NCBI GenBank assembly: GCA_039586795.1
Contig: JBDHJS010000005.1
Span: 1 to 64,000 of the forward strand
Length of the DNA: 64,000 bases
Reading direction: 5' to 3'
Source: Gemmatimonadota bacterium
GTDB taxonomy: Bacteria > Gemmatimonadota > Gemmatimonadetes > Palauibacterales > KS3-K002
Under the pieces are notes generated by a model. The model was not told the origin of the DNA, ran no database searches, and saw nothing but the letters and a program-made list of their open reading frames with translations. A program made the position numbers and the translations under genes. This document shows positions 58,309-64,000 of this stretch, in pieces; the first letter of the stretch is position 1; each line of letters starts with the position of its first letter.

Positions 58309-58998
58309 ATGCGCATGAGACGATATCCTTCTCTTGTGCTGGCGATCGCTGGCGCGATCGCTCTTCTGGTAGCGCCCGCCGAGGCGCTGCCCCAGGAAGC
58401 CCGACCGCTGGCGGAGGCCCACTTCGGCGACCGGTGGACCGATCGCTGGAACGAAGTGAAGCTGGCGCGACGCGTTAATCAGTTCAGTGCGGTGGAGGAC
58501 TCGGCGGGAGCCGCGTTGCTGGCGCGGAGCGATCGGTCTGCATCGGCGCTCTGGTACCCTCTCGGTCTTGGGCCTCAAGACGCGGCGGTGGTGTCCTGGC
58601 GCTGGAAGATCGAGTCGGCGCTGGCGGGCAACGATCGCGAGCGGGAGAAGCGGGGCGACGATTATGCGGCTCGCTTCTTCGTGATCTTCGACGACGAGCC
58701 GTTCAGCCGCGGTGCCCGTGCGATCTGCTACGTGTGGGCGAGCCGCGAGCCGGTGGGCGCCGAGTATCGAAATCCCTACTTCTCGGCGGTCCAAACAATC
58801 GTTCTGCAAAGCGGCGATGAGCGTTCCGGTCAGTGGACGGAGGAGGAACGCGACTTCCTACGCGACTACCGCGCCGCATTCGGCGAGGACCCGGAATCTC
58901 TCACAGCCTTGGCAGTGATGGTCGATACGGATAACACCGAGTCGCGCGTCAGCGCCTGGTTCAGCGGTATCGCGGTTTGGGCCGAGGGCACCAAGTGA
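58309..58998 (+). CDS. DUF3047 domain protein
   Basis: SWRWKI, KRGDDYAARFFVIF, ICYVWAS, ERDFLRDYRAAFGE, MVDTDNT. Confidence 0.9.
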   Translation: MRMRRYPSLVLAIAGAIALLVAPAEALPQEARPLAEAHFGDRWTDRWNEVKLARRVNQFSAVEDSAGAALLARSDRSASALWYPLGLGPQDAAVVSWRWKIESALAGNDREREKRGDDYAARFFVIFDDEPFSRGARAICYVWASREPVGAEYRNPYFSAVQTIVLQSGDERSGQWTEEERDFLRDYRAAFGEDPESLTALAVMVDTDNTESRVSAWFSGIAVWAEGTK

Positions 58999-58999
58999 G

Positions 59000-59935
59000 C
59001 TACACGTACTTGAGGCCGGTATCGCAGAGGATCGTGGCGATTATCGGGTCGGGACCAAGCTGACCGCTCTCTGCCAGTTTGCAAGCGGCGCACACGTTGG
59101 CCGCGGCCGAGTAGCCAACGAACAGGCCTTCAGTCTCCGCCAGTTTCTTCTGAAACTCGGTCGCCTCTTCATCCGAGACGGACAGGAAGCCATCTACCAG
59201 TTCAGGTTGCCATTGTGGTGGAACGATGCTGTAGCCCGTCCCCTGCAACAGGTGGTCCGGCTTGGTCACCTCCATGCAGGCGAGCACTTCGGCGCCAAGC
59301 GGTTCGACGGCGCAGCAGTGAATGGATGGTCGACGGCGTTTGAGGTACCGACTGGTACCGATGAACGTGCCGCCGGTACCGACGCAGGCGACGAAGGCGT
59401 CGAGTTCGTCCCCGACCGCTTCTTCGATCTCTGGCCCCGTACCGTCCTCGTGCGCGGCGACACAGGACGGATTGTTGAATTGATCGACATAATAGGCGCC
59501 CCGATCGCGCACCAATTCTTCGGCCCGGGCGATCGCGGCGCCGATATCCTTACCGGTCACCTTGCCAGGAGAGCCATCGACTTGGGGAACGAGCACGACC
59601 TCCGCTCCCAATACTTCCAGCATCTTTGCACGAGCCGGGCTGTTCCCTTCCGACAACGTGGCGATGAACGGATTGCCGTAGACGTTGCAGACGACGGCCA
59701 ACCCGGCACCCATGTTGCCGCTGGTCATCTCGACCACCAGCTGACCCGGCATCAGGCGGCCCGCATTCCGCGCGTCTTGTATGATTCGCAGCGCCGCGCG
59801 ATCCTTAACGCTGCCCCCCGGCTGCACGAACTCGGCTTTGGCGACGATCTTCCCCGGACCCGGGTGGATCCGCCCCAAGGCGACCAGCGGCGTGCGGCCG
59901 ATGAGGGCGAGAACGTCGGCGGAGATCTTGGACAT
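59000..59935 (-). CDS. PLP-dependent cysteine synthase family protein
   Basis: IGRTPLV, PGGSVKDR, TSGNMG, DQFNNP, GTGGT, CDTGLKY. Confidence 0.93.
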   Translation of the reverse strand: MSKISADVLALIGRTPLVALGRIHPGPGKIVAKAEFVQPGGSVKDRAALRIIQDARNAGRLMPGQLVVEMTSGNMGAGLAVVCNVYGNPFIATLSEGNSPARAKMLEVLGAEVVLVPQVDGSPGKVTGKDIGAAIARAEELVRDRGAYYVDQFNNPSCVAAHEDGTGPEIEEAVGDELDAFVACVGTGGTFIGTSRYLKRRRPSIHCCAVEPLGAEVLACMEVTKPDHLLQGTGYSIVPPQWQPELVDGFLSVSDEEATEFQKKLAETEGLFVGYSAAANVCAACKLAESGQLGPDPIIATILCDTGLKYV

Positions 59936-60029
59936 GAGTACAAGTATCCGCCGATTCAGAAGGACCGCAAGCCGCCGCCTCGACGCGCCGGCATCTGACG
60001 ACATTACTCAGAACAGGAGCGTTGTCTGA

Positions 60030-60920
60030 ATGAACCGAGCGGGAATAGCTCTGATCTCCTCTCTGCTGTTGATCGTGATGGCGTGTGTCGCCCGCGGCCA
60101 GGACGAGCCGTGGCCACGCAGCGTCTTGATCACCAACGACGACGGCATCGAGGCCGAAGGACTGCTGGCGCTGGTTCGGACGTTCGCTCCCGAGGTCAAA
60201 GTCTACGTAGCCGCCCCGTTGGGTAACCGAAGCGGCAGCACGAACTACGTTTCAGCCATCGCCCAGCGCGGGCTGGAGATGGAGAGGCGCGATATGGGCG
60301 AAGGCGTGACCGCCTACGCCATCGACGGCTACCCGGCGGATGCCGTGGTCTGGGCGCTCAAGGGACTGCTGGTCGACGATCCGCCGGACCTGGTCATCTC
60401 CGGCGTCAACACGGGTCCCAACTTGACCGGCGATTGGAACCTGTCGGGCACGGTAGGTGCCGCGCAGATTGCCGCTTTCTTCGGCGTCCCTGCCATAGCC
60501 GTCTCCGGCTGGACGCCGGACCACGCCGAAACGCTGGAGGCGACCGCGCGCTGGATGCTAGAGTTTGCTCGCGGCAACCTGGTGCGCGACCTGGAGCCCG
60601 GCCAATACCTCACCGTAAGCGTGCCCCGGGTCGCTGCGGCGGACATTCAGGGCGCCGTCATCGCGCGCCGCAGCTCTTCGAACTGGGACATCGAGATGGC
60701 GCCCGCCGAAGCGCAAGCGAGCTCGGGTCGGGAGCGCTGGAGCCTCCGTTTCACCGATCTGGGCATGACCGCGGAGGAAGGGACCGATCTGTACTACTAC
60801 CAGCAGAATTACCTGGCGATCGTGCCGATGCGGGTCGACGAGCACGACTGGGAACTACTCGAGAATCTGGGGAAATCGCCGCCGGCGCTGCCTTCCTGGC
60901 AGCCGGAGGACGGCCGTTAG
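60030..60920 (+). CDS. surE: SurE family nucleotidase with signal peptide
   Basis: VLITNDDGI, AAP..NRSG, GYPADAV, DLVISGVN.G.N, SGTVGAA. Confidence 0.9.
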   Translation: MNRAGIALISSLLLIVMACVARGQDEPWPRSVLITNDDGIEAEGLLALVRTFAPEVKVYVAAPLGNRSGSTNYVSAIAQRGLEMERRDMGEGVTAYAIDGYPADAVVWALKGLLVDDPPDLVISGVNTGPNLTGDWNLSGTVGAAQIAAFFGVPAIAVSGWTPDHAETLEATARWMLEFARGNLVRDLEPGQYLTVSVPRVAAADIQGAVIARRSSSNWDIEMAPAEAQASSGRERWSLRFTDLGMTAEEGTDLYYYQQNYLAIVPMRVDEHDWELLENLGKSPPALPSWQPEDGR

Positions 60921-60988
60921 CCTCGTTTGGGGCCGGCGAAACATGTTCGGCCCCTCCCACGTATGACGGGTAGAACAGGGGGATTCCT

Positions 60989-61060
60989 ATGCTGAGGCTA
61001 TTGAAACCGTTTTTGCGGGTCGTCGTTAAAGTGTTGGAGTGGCTGGAGCGGAAGATCTAG
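60989..61060 (+). CDS. Putative 23-aa amphipathic peptide
   Basis: MLRLLKPFLRVVVKVLEWLERKI*; AGGGGGA RBS about 5 nt upstream. Confidence 0.5.
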   Translation: MLRLLKPFLRVVVKVLEWLERKI

Positions 61061-61196
61061 GGTCTCGTCGCCGCGAGGAGACTCTATTCCCTCCCTCTGG
61101 CCTCACCTCCAATTCGTGCTGTACCCACCCGATCCCATGCTGGCGTGACAGTACCCATTCTGCCAAATACGCCAGTCTTGCGGCGCTCCATAAGGA

Positions 61197-61943
61197 TCAA
61201 CGTAGACGAATGAGTTCGCTCTGAGCGAATAGATCTCCGACGTTCAGCCCGATTGTATCCGCCGCGTAGAGATCCGACGGGACGCCGATGTCGGCGAGAT
61301 ACAACTCGCCAACGTACTCCTCGACGTTCGGCTCATCCAAACCTGTCTTTGGCAGCGCCAATGTCATGGTCGCTCTGGCCCGGATCGCGGGTTCGTAGGC
61401 CGACCCGGTCGTGCCGTCGACGCCCGAAGGTATGTCCAAGGCGAGAATGGGTGCACCGCTCGCGTTCGCCCAACGGATCAAGTCCGCGGCTACGCCGTGC
61501 GGCGCGCCCGACAGACTGTATCCGATGATCCCATCGACTATTAGATCGACGCGACCCGCCGCCACGGCTGTCACGCCATCGGCCTGCCCGACAGGCAGAC
61601 CCATTCGCTTGACGATGTCGAGTTGCTGGGCGGGTACCGGCGCCATCGCTGTCTCAGGCACGGCCAGCGCTACCCAAACATCGGCACCCCAGTTGGCGAG
61701 ATGTCGCGCGCAGACCAACGCGCCGCCGCCGTTGCCGCCCGATCCGACGGCTACGATCACGCACCTGCCCCGCGAGTCGCCGTCCAGAAAGCGATCGCGG
61801 GACAGTTGCGCCAGGTTGCGACCGGCGTTCTCCATCATCTGGACCAGCTCGATGCCGTACTCCTTGATCATCAACCGATCCACTTCGACCATCTGAGCGG
61901 TGGTGATGCTTGGTACGTCGCTCGAGCTCGGGGGGATAGTCAC
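61197..61943 (-). CDS. nnrE: NAD(P)H-hydrate epimerase (stand-alone YjeF-N)
   Basis: MMENAG, GSGGNGGG..V.ARHL, IVDGIIG, ALDIPSG, LYLADIG. Confidence 0.92.
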   Translation of the reverse strand: MTIPPSSSDVPSITTAQMVEVDRLMIKEYGIELVQMMENAGRNLAQLSRDRFLDGDSRGRCVIVAVGSGGNGGGALVCARHLANWGADVWVALAVPETAMAPVPAQQLDIVKRMGLPVGQADGVTAVAAGRVDLIVDGIIGYSLSGAPHGVAADLIRWANASGAPILALDIPSGVDGTTGSAYEPAIRARATMTLALPKTGLDEPNVEEYVGELYLADIGVPSDLYAADTIGLNVGDLFAQSELIRLR

Positions 61944-61977
61944 GCGCCCTCTGGGTTGCTTACCGTTTCAGCGCACA

Positions 61978-63309
61978 TCAAGGAAGCCCCTCCTCAACGT
62001 TCGGCGTCCGGAATGTGAACACCGCGACTCTCTCCACGCCCGTCATCTCATCGCGGGTGATACCATAGACCCTGCTGCCGGTGATGTGCGGAGCCGGCTC
62101 CGACAGGATGGAGGCCGGAATCACTACTACCCCAAGATAGATGCCTTCCGGACCGAACACATCGAAGAAGGTCTCATCGCGCCTGCCGGCAAGCGGCCAG
62201 CGCTCGATCCACAACTTGCCATCCGTCGCCACGTTGACCGACAGAAAGGCCGGAAGCGTCTCAGGCAGGATCCCTTCCCTCACTTCGTCCGGAACGCTGA
62301 ACACCTCGGAGATGGGGACCGGCAGAGTGTCCTTACGGGTCTGGAGTGCGGTTGCGCTATCGCGTCGCTCGCCATCCGGGATGGGCGACAGGGCCAGGTT
62401 GCGACTGATGCGCCGGAGCGTATCGCCGTTGGTGTTCGTCATGAAGAGCGAGTATTCGTCGCCCTCGCCGAACAACAGGTGGCCATCGCCGGTCACATCC
62501 CATGACGGCATCGGGGAGAACGGAACGCGATTCAAACCATCGACCATCCTTCCACCACGCTCGCTCGTCCTGAACCACGCTGTGGAAGCGGGCATAGTCG
62601 CTATGTCGGGCAGCATCAGCGTATCGACGAACTCGCCGTTTCCATCGTAGATGAGGTAGAAGTAGCGGCGCACCTCCATGGTTCCGTGCTCGTGAGGATA
62701 ATAGAGCTGCCCATCCGCATCGAATCGCGTTGGCTTGTAGGACTGCGGATAGACCGGGCCGCGCCAGGTCGTCGCGACGCTGTCGAGTAAGGCGCTCGAC
62801 GCTCGGGAGGTGAAGCGCGTCACGCGGGATGTCACGTCTCGAACGTAGAGCGCTCCGTCCGGCCCTACCGCCGGGGCGATGGGGACATCGAATTCGCCGG
62901 GCCCTTCTCCCTTTCCGCCGACGAGCGCCAGGTAACGGCCGTCGCCGCCGTAGGCACGTACGAGGGCGCCCATCCGATCGGCGATGTAGATCACGCCTGA
63001 CGCGTCGGCCGTGACGCCCATGATATCGCCGAACAGGTAGTCCGGGTCGCCGTCTTCGAGACCGATGGTGAGCTCACGCACCGCCATCACGGTATCCTCT
63101 ACCCAGCCGCCACCGCCTGCGTTGTTCACCAGGATGATCCCGGCCTCCGTGGTTTCGACGCCGCCCTGCCAGTGAGTCGCGGTACTCGATGTCGTCTCGG
63201 CCGGAGCGCATGCCATCAAAACCAGGATGAAAAGCGCCGCATGTCGAATCGAACTCAAGTCGATACGATCCGCGTTAGGACATGCCATTGTATCCTTCTC
63301 CTTAGCCAT
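61978..63309 (-). CDS. 6-bladed beta-propeller lipoprotein; start uncertain
   Basis: LMAC lipobox, GGKGEGPGEF, DVFGPEGIYLG. Confidence 0.85.
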   Translation of the reverse strand: MAKEKDTMACPNADRIDLSSIRHAALFILVLMACAPAETTSSTATHWQGGVETTEAGIILVNNAGGGGWVEDTVMAVRELTIGLEDGDPDYLFGDIMGVTADASGVIYIADRMGALVRAYGGDGRYLALVGGKGEGPGEFDVPIAPAVGPDGALYVRDVTSRVTRFTSRASSALLDSVATTWRGPVYPQSYKPTRFDADGQLYYPHEHGTMEVRRYFYLIYDGNGEFVDTLMLPDIATMPASTAWFRTSERGGRMVDGLNRVPFSPMPSWDVTGDGHLLFGEGDEYSLFMTNTNGDTLRRISRNLALSPIPDGERRDSATALQTRKDTLPVPISEVFSVPDEVREGILPETLPAFLSVNVATDGKLWIERWPLAGRRDETFFDVFGPEGIYLGVVVIPASILSEPAPHITGSRVYGITRDEMTGVERVAVFTFRTPNVEEGLP

Positions 63310-63464
63310 GAGTGACCGAGGTGCCTCTATAGGTTGACGACCGTCGTTTCGAAAAGGTTGCGAGCTACAAATGGCTTACCGGTAACAAGCACGCTAGCTT
63401 TGGATCTTCGCGACTGCAACGACGAGCCAGGCTACCGTTTGGCCGGCACCGTATCCAGGGGACG

Positions 63465-64000
63465 ATGACGACCAGGGAATTCCCGGTACAGTTCAAGAAC
63501 GTCAGCCTCCAGTTGAGCGGCGGCTCACGCATCATCTCCGATCTGAGCCTCGATGTTCGGGCCGGCGAGATTCTGGTGCTGCTGGGTCGGAGCGGCTCTG
63601 GTAAGACGACGACGCTCAGGCTCGTCAACCGCCTGGTCGAGCCGGGCGCCGGCGCGGTGATGGTCGAAGGCAAGTCGACCACGGCGTGGGACGCGACCCG
63701 TCTCCGACGTCGCATCGGCTACGTGATCCAAGATGCCGGGCTCTTTCCTCATTACACGGTAGAGGAGAATGTGGGTGTGGTTCCGACACTGGAAAGCTGG
63801 GATGATGCGCGAAAGCATGAGCGTGTGACGCAGTTGCTCGAGCTGGTCGGGCTCGACCCGGCGATCTTCGCTCGGCGCTACCCGGCAGAGCTCTCCGGCG
63901 GACAGCGACAGAGAGTCGGTGTGGCTCGCGCGCTGGCCGCGGACCCACCACTTCTGTTGATGGATGAGCCGTTCGGGGCTCTCGATCCGCTGACGCGCCT
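63465..64000 (+). CDS. ABC transporter ATP-binding protein (osmoprotectant OpuBA-like), runs off the window
   Basis: [70 protein letters not shown]. Confidence 0.93.
   Translation, partial: MTTREFPVQFKNVSLQLSGGSRIISDLSLDVRAGEILVLLGRSGSGKTTTLRLVNRLVEPGAGAVMVEGKSTTAWDATRLRRRIGYVIQDAGLFPHYTVEENVGVVPTLESWDDARKHERVTQLLELVGLDPAIFARRYPAELSGGQRQRVGVARALAADPPLLLMDEPFGALDPLTR

Overview
This is a GC-rich bacterial chromosomal segment. The gene families suggest Gemmatimonadota, which is an inference. Positions 1-7201 hold a decaying integron: at least 9 minus-strand cassettes or cassette remnants, each attC-bounded cassette showing complementary core-site flanks, a putative attI at ~6615, and a co-oriented (inverted-type) intI reduced by an in-frame internal deletion to ~115-123 aa. 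The rest is mostly envelope, stress and housekeeping genes. These include a two-permease RND/TolC operon, BlaI/M56-M23, yjbQ-fabI, tag, eight paralogous 6-bladed beta-propeller proteins, a DtxR-FeoA/split-FeoB operon, and an ECF sigma/anti-sigma operon. A divergent archease-rtcB-usp-cytochrome c / zinc ribbon-pncB-kinase locus echoes the mycobacterial DosR dormancy gene set. Further on are a sigma54 two-component cluster, surE, nnrE and a partial ABC ATPase. Non-coding signals include alternating inverted heptamer arrays (TCTACCG/CGGTAGA), a shared ECF-like promoter motif ahead of envelope genes, several operators, and an unannotated 23-aa amphipathic peptide ORF. No rRNA, tRNA or CRISPR array was seen. 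All family calls come from motif recognition by eye, not from database searches.
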